Shown in pieces: positions 8,671 through 20,400 of a DNA stretch of 64,000 bases. Position 1 is the stretch's first letter. The number at the start of each line of letters is the position of its first letter. The position numbers and the translations under genes are program-made. The stretch is taken from IMG/VR virus record IMGVR_UViG_3300032321_002024, positions 128,001 to 192,000 of that record; one strand, written 5' to 3'. Below the pieces are notes generated by a model. That model was not told the DNA's origin, searched no databases, and worked only from the letters and a program-made list of their open reading frames with translations. Source of the stretch: a virus. Taxonomy: Duplodnaviria; Caudoviricetes.

Positions 8671-11600
8671 ATGGATAAACAATTATTAAAAGCTCTAGAC
8701 AATTTATCAATCGGTCTAGAACAACTTGTTGAAGCACTAAACAATAAAGGTGAGAGTAAAACCGATACCGGAGCTACTTTGCAATCTGGTGATTTCGGTA
8801 AATCTTTAGAACAAATTAGTGTTGAGATACAATCTATAAAAACCGATACTCAAGAAATTTTAAAGAATCAACAAACTATTATTGGTCTTTTTAAACAAAA
8901 AAGAGATGAAAAGAAGACTGATGAAATGGAAGGAGCAGGTGATCCTAAAAAAGAATCACAAATGAAAAAAGGACTCGCTACTATTCTATTAATCGCCGTT
9001 GCTGTTTTAGCAATCGGTATGGCTTTTAAACTAGTAGGAAAAGTAAACATACTTTCTGTCTTAGCACTAGGTATTGGAATTATGTTAGTTGCTTTTGCTT
9101 TTGAAAAAGTTTCAAAAATTAAAGGACCTACTGGTGGTGCGATGACAATCAAAGAAGCGGTGATAATATCAGCAATAATGGTTATTGCATCACTTGCAAT
9201 TACTGTATCATCTTGGATTTTATCTAAAATAAAACCAATTACTATTCCTCAAATATTAACGGCTGCGTCAATCGCACTCCTATTTACACTTGTGGCTCCG
9301 GCAATTTGTAAATTAATATCAGCCATGACAACTTCACAAGAAGTCGAGTTTAGAGGCATGAAGGTTAAAACATCGGCTATGTCATTTGGAACTGTAATAC
9401 AAGCTTCTATAATGCTTCCTATGTTAATGGTTGCAATGTCAATTGGTATAATGCTTTCTTCTAAGATTTTATCTCAGGTTACTCCTATATCAATACCTAA
9501 GGCTTTGACTGCAATATTAATTGGAGTTATGTTTGCAATAGTCGCTAAAGGTATTGCTGGTTTAATTACATCTTTAACAACATCTCAGGAAGGAAGTGGT
9601 GGTGGATTTGGATTTAAGACTCAGTCAATTGGTCTGGGTAAACTGTTACCAATGATACTTTTACTACCATTTGTAATGTTTATGATAGCCAAAGGTATAA
9701 CTTGGTCATCTCAGACTTTGAATCAGATTAAACCTATAGGATTTGGACAAGCTATAACGGCAATTTTAATTGCTGGTATGTTTGCCGTTGTATCTATGGG
9801 AATTGCAAAATTAATTAATTCACTTGAAAACACTAATCCGGTTGCAATATTATTGTTACCGGTCGCAATGGTGGCGATTGCATTAGCAATTGCATTATCT
9901 GCAAAGATTTTTGCAAAATTCAAAGGTTCATTTGATGTTTTAGGATATGGAACAATATTTAAAATACTTTTATTAGGAGCTAGTATAAGTATAATAGCTT
10001 TTCTTATGGCGATGGCTACTAATAAGTTAGGTAAACTAAGTATAAAAGAAGTTTTATTACTTCCTCTATTCTTAACAACTATGTCAATGGCACTTGCCTT
10101 ATCAGCATTTATTTTCGCTAAACCGATATTTAAAAAGGCTTTTGAATCATTGACTTATGGAATGATATTTAAAATACTATTATTAGGATTCGCAATGGGT
10201 GTTGTTACAGTAATTGTGGCTTTTGCTTCTAAATTCTTGGGTCAATTAAGCCTAAAGCAGGTTATATTACTTCCACTGTTATTCACACTAATGTCATTGG
10301 CTATTGCGGTATCAGCATTTATAATCGCTAAATTCAAATCATCATTTGATAAGCTAAGTATTGGTTTGATATTTAAGCTACTACTATATGGTATTGTAAC
10401 TGCTATAGTATTTGTGGCTTATGCTTTTGCGACAAAAATAATTGGAAAATTACTAAAACCAGTAGATGCGTTAAAAGGTGGACTTGTTATTATTATTCTT
10501 GCTGCAGTTATTATGGTATCATCACTTATCTTAAATGTAGGTAAGTATAAAAATTATCCATCATTGAAATGGGCAATTGGAGTCGCTGCTTCATTAGCAG
10601 GATTTGCAGTAGGAGCACTTGCCCTGGGTTCTGCGGTATTTGGACCTCAAGCTTTGGTATTCTTAGCTGGTTTGGCCGCTATATTAGTTACCTCAGCGGT
10701 TATCACAGGAACTTCAATGATTTTAAATGCCGGTAAATATGAAAAGTATCCTAAATTAGGATGGACTGTAGCAGTAGCTGCGACATTAGGAGCATTCGCA
10801 TTAGGAGCTATTGCTTTAGGACTTAATGTGATAAACCCATTCTTCTGGGTAGGTCTTCCAATGATATTAACAGTTGCTGAAACAATTGTTGATGTGGCTA
10901 AAATTTTAGGAAAAGGTAAGTATAACGCAAACTTTGGTCAGTGGGCTATGGGTGTTGTTGCACTTTATGCCGCTTTTGTTCCAATCATTCTAATATTGGG
11001 AGCTGTTGGTGTTGCTGCTGCTATTACTGGTCTCTTTGGTGGTCCAAATCCATTTGAAACAGGTCGAGAAATGTTAAAAAGTGTCGCCTACTCAATTGTT
11101 GATGTTTCTAAGATTTTAGCGAAAGGTAAATATACTGGAGGTCCAACTGAAGAGTGGGCAAGAGGAGTAGCAATTGCATTAGGAGCATTCGCACCTGTTT
11201 ATCAAATGCTTGTTGCTAATTCAGTGATGAGTCTTTTTGGAGGAGGAGGTGTTGGACCTGACGACTTTGCAAAAGCAATAAAAACAGTATCTGGTGGTAT
11301 TATATCAGCGGCTTGGTATTTTTCTAAAAATAAGGCAGCCTTCGTAAATGGTCCACCAGAAGCTTGGGCAAAAGGAGTAGGATTAGCAATTGGCGCATTT
11401 GCTCCTGTTTATAAAATGTTAGTGGACTTTCCATTTAGTGGGGGTTCTAAAATGAAAAGAGCCATTATTTTAATTGCAGAAGGTGTCATAGCGGCAGCTG
11501 ATGTTTTCTCTAAAAACAAAGCTAAGTTTGAAGAAGGTAAATATCCGTCACAAAAATGGGGTAAGGGAGTAGGAGCATCATTAAAAGCATTCGCTCCAGT

Positions 11601-12972
11601 ATTTGAGGCTTTAGCAGGTAGAAGTTGGTATGAAAGTGGTGAAGGTGTTATAAAAAATATGAGATATGGTATTGTTACTATCGCAAAAGCATTAGTATCA
11701 GCAGGAAAAGCATTCGCAACAGTAAAACCAGAAGCTTGGAAATCACATCCTACATCTGAATGGGCAAAAGGTGTAAGTAAATCTGTTGTTGGATTTATGG
11801 ATTTATTTGATACAATTGAAGAAAGAGGATACACAACTACTTCATTTGCAATGAACTCACAAATATTAAAATTTGGTGTTAAAGCAATGGCTGATGTGGC
11901 AAGAATTCTTTGGACAAATAAGAAATTCTTTACAGTTAAGTTAGATCCAAACTTTATAAAAAATATATCGAAGAACCTTTTAGGATTTGCAACCTTAGCT
12001 TTAGCATTGGATAAGATGTTAGTAAGTGAAAAAACTGTAACATCAACAAATAGTGGATTCTTTGGAGTTGGTTCTTCTAAAACAACAACAAAAGTCAGAG
12101 AAAGAAAAGATTTGTCTTTGCCAAGAGATATTGCCATTCAAATGACATCTGTAGCTGCTATTCTTTATCATAATAGAAAACTATTTAGTTCTTCTATAGC
12201 AAGTAATGTTAAAGCCTGGGGAACATCTATAATTGGTTCATCTGGTGCAATTTTATCATATGCAAAAACCGTTATAGTATTAGAAAAATTAAACGGTGGC
12301 AGATTATTTGGTTTTGGTTTATTTGGATACGACATTATTACTGATTACGCTTATAAACTTGTTAGAGTAGCAAACATAATTCAAAGTGGTAAAAAAGCAT
12401 TTGAGACAAAAGTGGATCCTTTCTTTATGAGAAAAGTAGGTCAGAACTTAATAGACTTTACTTTTGTAGTTAAAAAAATTGCAGAGATAGAAGGAAAAGG
12501 ATCGACATTTATGGGTAGGTTAGGGTCCGCTTTTGAATCAGCTATTGGAACAGATCCTATTTCTCAAACAACTCGTAAAATGATGACATTGGCAAAAGGA
12601 TATGATGCGATGGCGACTGCCTTATTGAAACTCGGAAAAGCTTTAAAACTGTTAAAGATGAAAAACTTAACAGAATTAGGATCAGTTACAAAGGGACTTA
12701 CAACTGGTAAATTTGACCCTAATGAAAGAGTTTCTCCTGTAAAAACTAAAGAGTTATTCAGTGTATCTGATAGTAAGAAAAAGAAGTCATCCGAACAAGA
12801 GCGAAAAAATGAAATCTTATACGTTTCTCAAAAAATGGATGAGGTTGTTAAATTATTAACTCAAATTAGAAAGAACACTAATAGTATTGATGGATTTGTA
12901 ACTGCTCAGGGTAATAAACCTAAAGAACCATTAGAGATTAAAGTGGATGTTAAACAAAAACCTGCTAAATAA
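8671..12972 (+). CDS. Tape-measure-like / membrane-inserting virion protein
   Basis: 1433 aa; N-terminal coiled coil, many Ala/Gly/Ile-rich hydrophobic repeats, repeated W(A/G)(K/R)GV--(A/S)---AFAPV units. Confidence 0.55.
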   Translation: MDKQLLKALDNLSIGLEQLVEALNNKGESKTDTGATLQSGDFGKSLEQISVEIQSIKTDTQEILKNQQTIIGLFKQKRDEKKTDEMEGAGDPKKESQMKKGLATILLIAVAVLAIGMAFKLVGKVNILSVLALGIGIMLVAFAFEKVSKIKGPTGGAMTIKEAVIISAIMVIASLAITVSSWILSKIKPITIPQILTAASIALLFTLVAPAICKLISAMTTSQEVEFRGMKVKTSAMSFGTVIQASIMLPMLMVAMSIGIMLSSKILSQVTPISIPKALTAILIGVMFAIVAKGIAGLITSLTTSQEGSGGGFGFKTQSIGLGKLLPMILLLPFVMFMIAKGITWSSQTLNQIKPIGFGQAITAILIAGMFAVVSMGIAKLINSLENTNPVAILLLPVAMVAIALAIALSAKIFAKFKGSFDVLGYGTIFKILLLGASISIIAFLMAMATNKLGKLSIKEVLLLPLFLTTMSMALALSAFIFAKPIFKKAFESLTYGMIFKILLLGFAMGVVTVIVAFASKFLGQLSLKQVILLPLLFTLMSLAIAVSAFIIAKFKSSFDKLSIGLIFKLLLYGIVTAIVFVAYAFATKIIGKLLKPVDALKGGLVIIILAAVIMVSSLILNVGKYKNYPSLKWAIGVAASLAGFAVGALALGSAVFGPQALVFLAGLAAILVTSAVITGTSMILNAGKYEKYPKLGWTVAVAATLGAFALGAIALGLNVINPFFWVGLPMILTVAETIVDVAKILGKGKYNANFGQWAMGVVALYAAFVPIILILGAVGVAAAITGLFGGPNPFETGREMLKSVAYSIVDVSKILAKGKYTGGPTEEWARGVAIALGAFAPVYQMLVANSVMSLFGGGGVGPDDFAKAIKTVSGGIISAAWYFSKNKAAFVNGPPEAWAKGVGLAIGAFAPVYKMLVDFPFSGGSKMKRAIILIAEGVIAAADVFSKNKAKFEEGKYPSQKWGKGVGASLKAFAPVFEALAGRSWYESGEGVIKNMRYGIVTIAKALVSAGKAFATVKPEAWKSHPTSEWAKGVSKSVVGFMDLFDTIEERGYTTTSFAMNSQILKFGVKAMADVARILWTNKKFFTVKLDPNFIKNISKNLLGFATLALALDKMLVSEKTVTSTNSGFFGVGSSKTTTKVRERKDLSLPRDIAIQMTSVAAILYHNRKLFSSSIASNVKAWGTSIIGSSGAILSYAKTVIVLEKLNGGRLFGFGLFGYDIITDYAYKLVRVANIIQSGKKAFETKVDPFFMRKVGQNLIDFTFVVKKIAEIEGKGSTFMGRLGSAFESAIGTDPISQTTRKMMTLAKGYDAMATALLKLGKALKLLKMKNLTELGSVTKGLTTGKFDPNERVSPVKTKELFSVSDSKKKKSSEQERKNEILYVSQKMDEVVKLLTQIRKNTNSIDGFVTAQGNKPKEPLEIKVDVKQKPAK

Positions 12973-12977
12973 CAAAG

Positions 12978-13313
12978 ATGATGTTTTCAATTTATTTAGT
13001 ATGTTCTGAAATAGGTGGTCAAAAACTACATAAAATTGGTTTTACAAGAAGAACTCCAGAGAAAAGAATTAAAGAGTTCAAAACCGGTAATGCATCTGAA
13101 ATTTATTTAGTTGATTCATTTCAATCCGAATGGGGAACAAAGATTGAGGCTATGTTACATAAAATCTATAAATCTAAAAAAGTTGAAGGTGAATGGTTTG
13201 ACTTAGATGAACAAGATGTCAAAAAATTCAACATACATTGTAGTTCTATACATAGTAATCTAAAATTTATTTCTGAGCAGAATACATATTTTTTAGACAA
13301 AGGAGATTTTTAG
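12978..13313 (+). CDS. GIY-YIG superfamily (T5orf172/MUG113-like) nuclease domain protein
   Basis: IYLV...KIGFT...RIKEFKTGN...IEAMLH...EGEWFDL. Confidence 0.8.
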   Translation: MMFSIYLVCSEIGGQKLHKIGFTRRTPEKRIKEFKTGNASEIYLVDSFQSEWGTKIEAMLHKIYKSKKVEGEWFDLDEQDVKKFNIHCSSIHSNLKFISEQNTYFLDKGDF

Positions 13314-13339
13314 ATATATAATAAAAAATAATTATTTTT

Positions 13340-13612
13340 ATGAGTTCATTAAAAGAAATGTCAATTAGAGAATATATTTCACATATTGATTTTAAAAAAG
13401 ACGATTGGAAACTTTCTCAAATAAAAGAAGATATGCGTAGATTCTTAGGAGAAGAACCAGGAATTGATATCCTTTACAAAAAAGATGTAATGGTAAATGA
13501 GGTAACTGGAAAAGCTCAAGAGTTCAAAGATATTGATAGAATTCAAATCATCTTCACCGATACAGATGAAAGATTTAAAAAAATAGAATTCATCATTGAT
13601 GATAAAATTTAA
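13340..13612 (+). CDS. Hypothetical protein
   Basis: 90-aa ORF after GATATATA motif. Confidence 0.65.
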   Translation: MSSLKEMSIREYISHIDFKKDDWKLSQIKEDMRRFLGEEPGIDILYKKDVMVNEVTGKAQEFKDIDRIQIIFTDTDERFKKIEFIIDDKI

Positions 13613-13623
13613 TTTAATTAATT

Positions 13624-13836
13624 ATGAAATTTGATAATTACTACTTAGACTTAGAAAAAGTTAATTCTCTTAAATCAAAAGAGGAAAAAGAACAAATACA
13701 TCGATATTATATGGATATGATGCACTGTTTTTCTGATAATAGAAATTCTATGGGTATGTCAATTTTTAACACGTTAAATAAATCAGAATATCTAAAAGAA
13801 ATCAGATCTGAAAAAATAGAACAGATATTATCATAA
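13624..13836 (+). CDS. Small hypothetical protein with C-terminal RxxKIxxIL motif
   Basis: 70 aa, ends IRSEKIEQILS. Confidence 0.65.
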   Translation: MKFDNYYLDLEKVNSLKSKEEKEQIHRYYMDMMHCFSDNRNSMGMSIFNTLNKSEYLKEIRSEKIEQILS

Positions 13837-14138
13837 TGGATGAAATAAAATTTGATATTATTGAGTATATTGGTAAACTAGATGGTGGTATTTTTGTTTT
13901 ACTAACTCTATCTTATCAAAATCAATTTTATGAAACTATTTTTTATTATAAAGAAGGAGTTGTAGCTCTTACTCCTGATAAAAAATTAGAAAAAAAATTA
14001 GGATGTGATATTGAAGACTGGGAAGGATACTCTAATTTAATGTTAAAAATAATAGAAAGAATAGTTCCCTATAGTGAAATGATTAATATAGTTAATGATT
14101 TCGATCCAAATATCTATAAAATACAGATGACTAAATAA
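13836..14138 (+). CDS. Hypothetical protein
   Basis: 100 aa; TAATG overlap with the upstream gene. Confidence 0.65.
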   Translation: MDEIKFDIIEYIGKLDGGIFVLLTLSYQNQFYETIFYYKEGVVALTPDKKLEKKLGCDIEDWEGYSNLMLKIIERIVPYSEMINIVNDFDPNIYKIQMTK

Positions 14139-14182
14139 CTATTCAACTATTTTTTTATATAAGTAAAAAATAATACTTATTA

Positions 14183-15883
14183 ATGTTAATTAGTGAAATT
14201 GGAATACGCGGATATAAATCTTTTGGAAATAATGAACAAGTTGTAAAACTTAACACAGAAAGTGGAGAATTAGTTCTACTTGTTGGTAAAAATGGTAATG
14301 GTAAATCTTCATTACTTGAATCTTTTGAATATACACTTTATGGAAAAGTGAAATCTGGTAAAACTAAAAAATGGCATAAATTGTCTACTTTACCAAACCG
14401 AATTAACGGTGAACTACTAAATCGTATAAAATTTATTTCTAATTCAACTGAGGTTGAAGTTAAAAGGGGAATATCACCTAACACTCTTGAATTGATAGAA
14501 AATGGTGTGCTTAACGAAAGAGCGGGAAAAGCCAATGTAGATGAGAAAATTGAGAAATATATTGGAATGGATATTGAAACGTTCAAATCATTCATCTCAA
14601 TGTCTATTAACGACTTCAAAAACTTTATATCATTAACAAATGAAGAAAAACAATTACTTTTAGATAAGTTATTTAATCTTGAAGTAATTAACATTTTGAA
14701 TGGAATCTTAAAAGATATCAATAAAAATAATAAAGTTAGATTGGCCTCATTGGACTCTGAAATTAGAACTTTAGATGAATCTATAGATTCAATAAAAAGA
14801 TCGATTGAAAAGGCGATTGAAAAAGAAAAAGAAAATATTCAAGCTGAGATTGACCAATTGATGTTAGATATGAACTCTAAAAAAGAAGACTATAAAAATC
14901 TTAAAGAAAAAGTTGAAAAAATAAAAGAAAAAGAAAATGAACTTAATGAAGAACTCGATACTGAGAAACGTCAATATATCAATACACAAAATGATATTAA
15001 AAATGTACAGCGAGAAATTGACTTATATGATTCAGGAAAGTGCCCCACTTGTAGAACAGATTTTAATTCTGATCACTTTATCTCATTAAGACAAACTTTA
15101 GTAGAAAAGAAAGAAGGATTTACATCAATACTAAAAGAAATTGAAGAAAATATAAAATCTATAAAAGAAAAACAACAAAAGTTAAAAACACTCTCCGAAA
15201 AAACAACAACTTCTTTTAATGATTTAAATTATTTGCTTAGAAACTATAAATCTCAAATTGAAAAATTAACTTCAAATAAATCCAAAGAATCTGGTAAAGA
15301 ATCGGTTAATATTCAAGAGTTTCAAAATACTATTTTAGAGTTAGAAGATAAAAAATCAGTATCACAGGATAGTTCAACTATTTGTAAAGAAAAAGAAATG
15401 TATTACAAAGAGTTAAATCGCATCTTAAGTGAAGATGGAGTTAAAAAAGCGATCATTTCTGGAATTATTAAACCTATTAACCATTTCGTTACTGAAAATG
15501 TTAAAAAAATGTTACTTCCTTTTGATGTTAAATTAGATGAAACATTTACCGCTGAAATAAAAAGTTTAGGAGTTCCAATTGAGCATGACTCACTCTCAAC
15601 AGGAGAAACAAAGAAAATAAATATTGCTATTTTAATTGCTTATTTGAAACTAATCAGAACAAAGAAACATATCAATATTCTCTTCTTAGACGAGGTCTTT
15701 TCTTCAATTGACCTGGAAGGTATCGACTCAATACTTTTGTTGTTAAAATCATTTGCAAATGACTATAATATTAATATATTTGTAGTTCACCACGCAATCT
15801 TAAGTGAAGAGATGTTTGATAAAATTTTAAAAATCAATAAAGAGATTTTTACATCAATTGAAGAAGTAAAATATGAGTTTTGA
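14183..15883 (+). CDS. SbcC/Rad50/T4 gp46-like recombination ATPase
   Basis: Walker A GKNGNGKSS, coiled coil with CPTC zinc hook, signature LSTGE, Walker B LFLDEVFSSID. Confidence 0.92.
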   Translation: MLISEIGIRGYKSFGNNEQVVKLNTESGELVLLVGKNGNGKSSLLESFEYTLYGKVKSGKTKKWHKLSTLPNRINGELLNRIKFISNSTEVEVKRGISPNTLELIENGVLNERAGKANVDEKIEKYIGMDIETFKSFISMSINDFKNFISLTNEEKQLLLDKLFNLEVINILNGILKDINKNNKVRLASLDSEIRTLDESIDSIKRSIEKAIEKEKENIQAEIDQLMLDMNSKKEDYKNLKEKVEKIKEKENELNEELDTEKRQYINTQNDIKNVQREIDLYDSGKCPTCRTDFNSDHFISLRQTLVEKKEGFTSILKEIEENIKSIKEKQQKLKTLSEKTTTSFNDLNYLLRNYKSQIEKLTSNKSKESGKESVNIQEFQNTILELEDKKSVSQDSSTICKEKEMYYKELNRILSEDGVKKAIISGIIKPINHFVTENVKKMLLPFDVKLDETFTAEIKSLGVPIEHDSLSTGETKKINIAILIAYLKLIRTKKHINILFLDEVFSSIDLEGIDSILLLLKSFANDYNINIFVVHHAILSEEMFDKILKINKEIFTSIEEVKYEF

Positions 15884-16523
15884 ATATAAAATAATTGATA
15901 ATTTTATTACATCTGAAGAATCAGATAGTATAATTAATTTTTTTTCTGATAAATTAACACCATCAATGGTGATAGGAGATTCTTATCTTAGAAACTCCGA
16001 TGATTGTTATATAGATTTAGATTCAATATCTGATGAGAAACAGATCAAAATTCTACAAAATTTAAAAAATAAGATATCTGAGTTCTCACAATTACCTATC
16101 GAGAATCAAGAGCTTCTTACTATAATCAGATATAAAAAAGGTCAACATTTTAAACCTCATTTAGATGCGTTTCATGATTATAATGAATTTGAAATCGAAG
16201 AATTATTAGGAGGTCAAAGATTAAAAACATATATTATTTGTTTACAACCATCTTTATCAGGTGGTGAGACAAAATTTGATAAATTAAATAAGACTATTAA
16301 GTTGGAGAAGAACCAATGTATTTATTGGTCAAATGTAGATGAGAATGGAAATATTTATCCTGAATCTTTACATAGTGGAGTTGAACCGATAGAAGGCGAA
16401 AAGTGGATTTTAACTTGTTGGATTCGAGAAAAAAAGTATTTTGCAATTGATAGACATATTGTGAAAACAATTATAGAGAATTACTCAAAAGAATTTTTAA
16501 TAAATACACTTAAACAATTATAA
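15873..16523 (+). CDS. 2OG-Fe(II) oxygenase, prolyl-4-hydroxylase-like
   Basis: FKPHLD, GGQRLKT, GGETKF, LHSGVEPIEGEKWILTCWIRE. Confidence 0.88.
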   Translation: MSFEYKIIDNFITSEESDSIINFFSDKLTPSMVIGDSYLRNSDDCYIDLDSISDEKQIKILQNLKNKISEFSQLPIENQELLTIIRYKKGQHFKPHLDAFHDYNEFEIEELLGGQRLKTYIICLQPSLSGGETKFDKLNKTIKLEKNQCIYWSNVDENGNIYPESLHSGVEPIEGEKWILTCWIREKKYFAIDRHIVKTIIENYSKEFLINTLKQL

Positions 16524-16542
16524 AAAATAAATTAAAAGTATT

Positions 16543-16734
16543 ATGTTAATAGTAGAAGTAAATGCAAAGCAACCAATTGAGAGAGCACTTAAAGTCCTTA
16601 AAAGAAAATGGGACAAAAATAAAACTATGAAAGAGCTTAGAGCAAGAAAAGAATTCAAAAAAAAGTCTGTTAAAAGAAGAGATGAATTACAGAGAGCTTC
16701 TTATATTCAGAAAAAATACAGAAGTAACGATTAA
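16543..16734 (+). CDS. rpsU: Ribosomal protein bS21
   Basis: 63-aa basic protein IERALKVLKRK...ELRARKEFKKKSVKRR...ASYIQ, Bacteroidota-type with Tyr54. Confidence 0.9.
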   Translation: MLIVEVNAKQPIERALKVLKRKWDKNKTMKELRARKEFKKKSVKRRDELQRASYIQKKYRSND

Positions 16735-17444
16735 TGGATAAAAATAAAAACTATTACTCTATACTCGGAATTAGTACGGATTCAGATGAGAAAAAAATAA
16801 AGAAAGCTTACTATAAGTTATCATTTATACATCATCCTGATAAAAATGGAGATCCGGTTGTATTTGCAGAAATGACCGAGGCTTATGATGTTCTTTGTTC
16901 AGATTTAAGAAAAGAATATGATTTAAAAAGTAAATTCGGTAATAATTATAATGAGTATTATGAACTGTTTGATATTAATGTTGATTTTTCATTTGAACAA
17001 GGTAAAGATAAGTTAGAACAGTTTAAGAAAAATGAGGTTTTTAACATACAGGTTTTAGTAGATGATAATTTTGATGGAACTTTAGAGTATGAAAGGTGGG
17101 TTAAGTGTAAAACTTGTGACGGATCTGGTAAAGATAATAGGTCTAAAATTATTGTTAAAAATTTAGAAGGTGAGGTTGTTAAAACTTTTGAAGCTGAAGA
17201 TGGTTGTGACTTTTGTGAAGGAACTGGTAAATTTGAAGGGTTTGAATGTAGTTTTTGTTTTGGACAAGGCAAAGTTGGCTTAAACCCATGTAAATCTTGT
17301 AATGGTGAAAAACGTATATTAGGTAAACAAAAACTAACTGGAATAAAACTCACAGGAGATGAAACAAAGATTGAGTCAATGGGTCATCATTCAAAGTCAG
17401 AAGCTGGTAAAGTCGGATATTTAGTTATAAAACTTACTAACTAG
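16734..17444 (+). CDS. dnaJ: DnaJ-like co-chaperone (J domain + zinc finger, short C-terminus)
   Basis: NYYSILG...HPDKN J domain; four CxxCxGxG-type repeats. Confidence 0.85.
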   Translation: MDKNKNYYSILGISTDSDEKKIKKAYYKLSFIHHPDKNGDPVVFAEMTEAYDVLCSDLRKEYDLKSKFGNNYNEYYELFDINVDFSFEQGKDKLEQFKKNEVFNIQVLVDDNFDGTLEYERWVKCKTCDGSGKDNRSKIIVKNLEGEVVKTFEAEDGCDFCEGTGKFEGFECSFCFGQGKVGLNPCKSCNGEKRILGKQKLTGIKLTGDETKIESMGHHSKSEAGKVGYLVIKLTN

Positions 17445-20400
17445 TAACACTACCACCACCTAATGTTCCTGGTGTTGTCGCATTCACAAATATTGTACTG
17501 GCTACTAAATTTGAATTTACAGAAATACCATCAAGACTTATTTGTATATTACCTACAAAATTAAAATTCTCATCTGAATAGTCAATTATTGGGGCCACTC
17601 CAATAAGCGGAACCTGAATTTGTTTGTTAATATATTCTTCTGTTGTATATTGAAAGAAAGGTATCATATCCACTTCATAGAATTTAACATTATCCACTTC
17701 ATGAATTTTTGTAGTATCATTTTCGGTATATTGTGTATTGAAATTCCAGAAACCTAAATCAAGGCCCGGTCTATTATAAAAGAATTCTTTAATTGTAGTT
17801 TGACCAGAATATTTATAATCAATACCATTTGAATAAATACTAAGATAATCATTAAATGGATCTATTATAGGATCATAACCAGCTGGGAATGAGTGAGTAG
17901 GTCCATAACTAGAGTTTGAATTTATTTTATTGGTAAAATTATATAAATCAATTGTATGAAACTGTAAATTAAAACTTTGAGTTCCATAAGAAAATATATT
18001 TAATAGTGAATCTGGTTGTTGAATGATATCAAACTCAATCATTGAGTATCTATTCTTCTCTATATTAATATTTGTATTATTTAATGTGAAGAATGATATT
18101 TCTTTATCACTTTCATATTGTAGTGTTTTATTTGCAGTTCTATTAATATTGAATCCTATTGATTGATCTACTCCTTCATTATTAATTGAAATTGTGGAAG
18201 CAGTTCCGAATCTCCATCTTACCGCGGCGTCGGTAATATTATCATTGAGTGATACTGGATTAGTGAACTGTGGACCAGCACCTGTGTCAAATCCACTTCC
18301 TCTCCAAGGTCCAGCTAAATTGTAATTCTGTATTATTGTTCTACATCTTTGAAATAAGACTCTTAGTTTATCTCCGGACTTAAGTTCACCTTTCCAATCA
18401 ATTGTCAAATTTAAATCTGATTCATATTCTGCAAAATCTTCTCCTTCTTCAAAAGAATCGACTCCAACATTGAAATCCCCACCTGTTGTTTTAATTATCT
18501 TTTTTGATAAAATATTAAATCCTTTATTTAATTCGTCAAATTTAACCAATCTAAGCTCACCTACTATTGAGTTTCCAGCAAGATATAATCTATCATTATC
18601 TATACCACTTGCTATACCAGGTGCATAAGCCGCTGTGTAGAAATTAGCAGGTATGTTAATATTTACTTGATAAGCGCCAGAAATACTTACTCCAAAGCTT
18701 TGATTAGAGACATCTTCAGAAAGAAGCAATCCAAATGAGTTCTCTACTAATGAATTAAATGAAACTGTTCCCCAAATCGGACCACCACCATTGAAACTAA
18801 ATGTAGGACTAAGATTAGCTGAAGGTCCAGCATAATCATAAGATGTGAAATCTTGAACAGTAGTTCTTTGTTTAATATATCTATTTAAGAAAGAATAGGT
18901 AGCTAATATTCCAGAAAAACTATAAGTCCATCCATCGGCATAGAAGTTTTCTAAATTTCCTAATTCTGGATTAGAATCGAAAGAGTTGTTAAACTCTGAT
19001 ATATCACCAAGAAAATCTTGATAGATTTGATATTTAGTTCCTAAAGAATAATTTCTTTTAAAGAATGTATCACTATCCCTGAATTGTGATGTGCTTGATA
19101 ATACATCATCTGTGACATATCCATATAAATTCATTGCTGTGTAGTCACCAAATCCAAACTTATGCGTCTCTAATACTTCGTTAATATTATTACTTGAAGC
19201 ATTAAATAGTATCTTATTAGATCCAATATTGGTTGAAGATTGAGTTTTATAAACTAAGTCCATCCAAGAATTAAACCTCCATATTTGTTTAAGATCATTT
19301 GAAGTCTGTGTTGTTTTAGAAGCAACATTATTATCAAAGAATTTAAAATTTTGAACTAGTCCAGTAGGAGCTTGTTTATAAACAATTCCTTCTTCAGCAG
19401 TAGTAGAGGTTTCCCACAATTTATCAGTTATTACTAAATAATCATCAATAACCTCAGTAACTGTGTGAATTCCATCATAATCCGCATTTATTGTTTTATC
19501 AAATTTATCTATTATGACTTTATCTCCTGGTATAAATCCATGTGCGGTGGCTCCAAATGTTAAACCAACATATCCTTCATAGTAGTAAGTATCTGTAAAT
19601 ATAAACCAGTTTCTATCTGAAAAGAAGTGACCGCCATTAAAAGTTCCATCTGTCCAGTGTGAATTATACATTTCAGTAATATATGGATATCCTCTAAATA
19701 GGCCATTATTCCAAACTCCTTCGAAATATCCATTAAGAAATCCTCCATTAAGCCATATATTTTTTGTTACTAAAATTTTATGTATTTCTGAGTCTTTCTC
19801 AATTCTTCTTATTGGAAAATTATTTTCTGTTTCAACTACTATTAATGAGTCTGTTTTATTTACTATTGTATAGTAATTTGTAAGTAACTTTCTTTCTTCA
19901 TTAATATCAATGGCTACAATATTACTCACTGCTATTTTGTCTCCAATTTCAAAATTAGCAACCGAGGCGGTAGAACCTTGAATTTGAATTCTCCAGTTAA
20001 TATTTTTTGTGCTCAATTTTATTGCTATACTAACATCATCAAACTCAAAAACATTTTCATCAATTCTTAAACCATTGTTCCAAACTCCATTTTCCCAAAC
20101 ACCTGCTTTAAATTTTCCATTACCTATTTTAGATATTTGAGAACTTAGATTTACTATACTTCCATATATGTTTGAGAAAAATCCTGAAAATGAACCGGTT
20201 GCTCCAGTTGCTCCAAAAAAATCAACACCTACTTCATGTCTTGTAGTTGGTGTTGTGATTACAACACCATAAGTCGCGTAATCAGAAGCTCCAACTGGTG
20301 ATAGAGTAATAGGGTCAAAATATTGGTCTGTATCTGTCAATAAAAATTCTTCATTATTATCAGTATCAGAATATCCTTCAATTATTTGAATATTACTTAA

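Noticed and set aside
8868-12137. Minus-strand ORFs within the 1433-aa gene, and similar nested ORFs elsewhere (e.g. 14338, 16958, 32258, 46156, 49125)
   Set aside because: Fully antisense or overlapping to well-supported genes, with no motifs.
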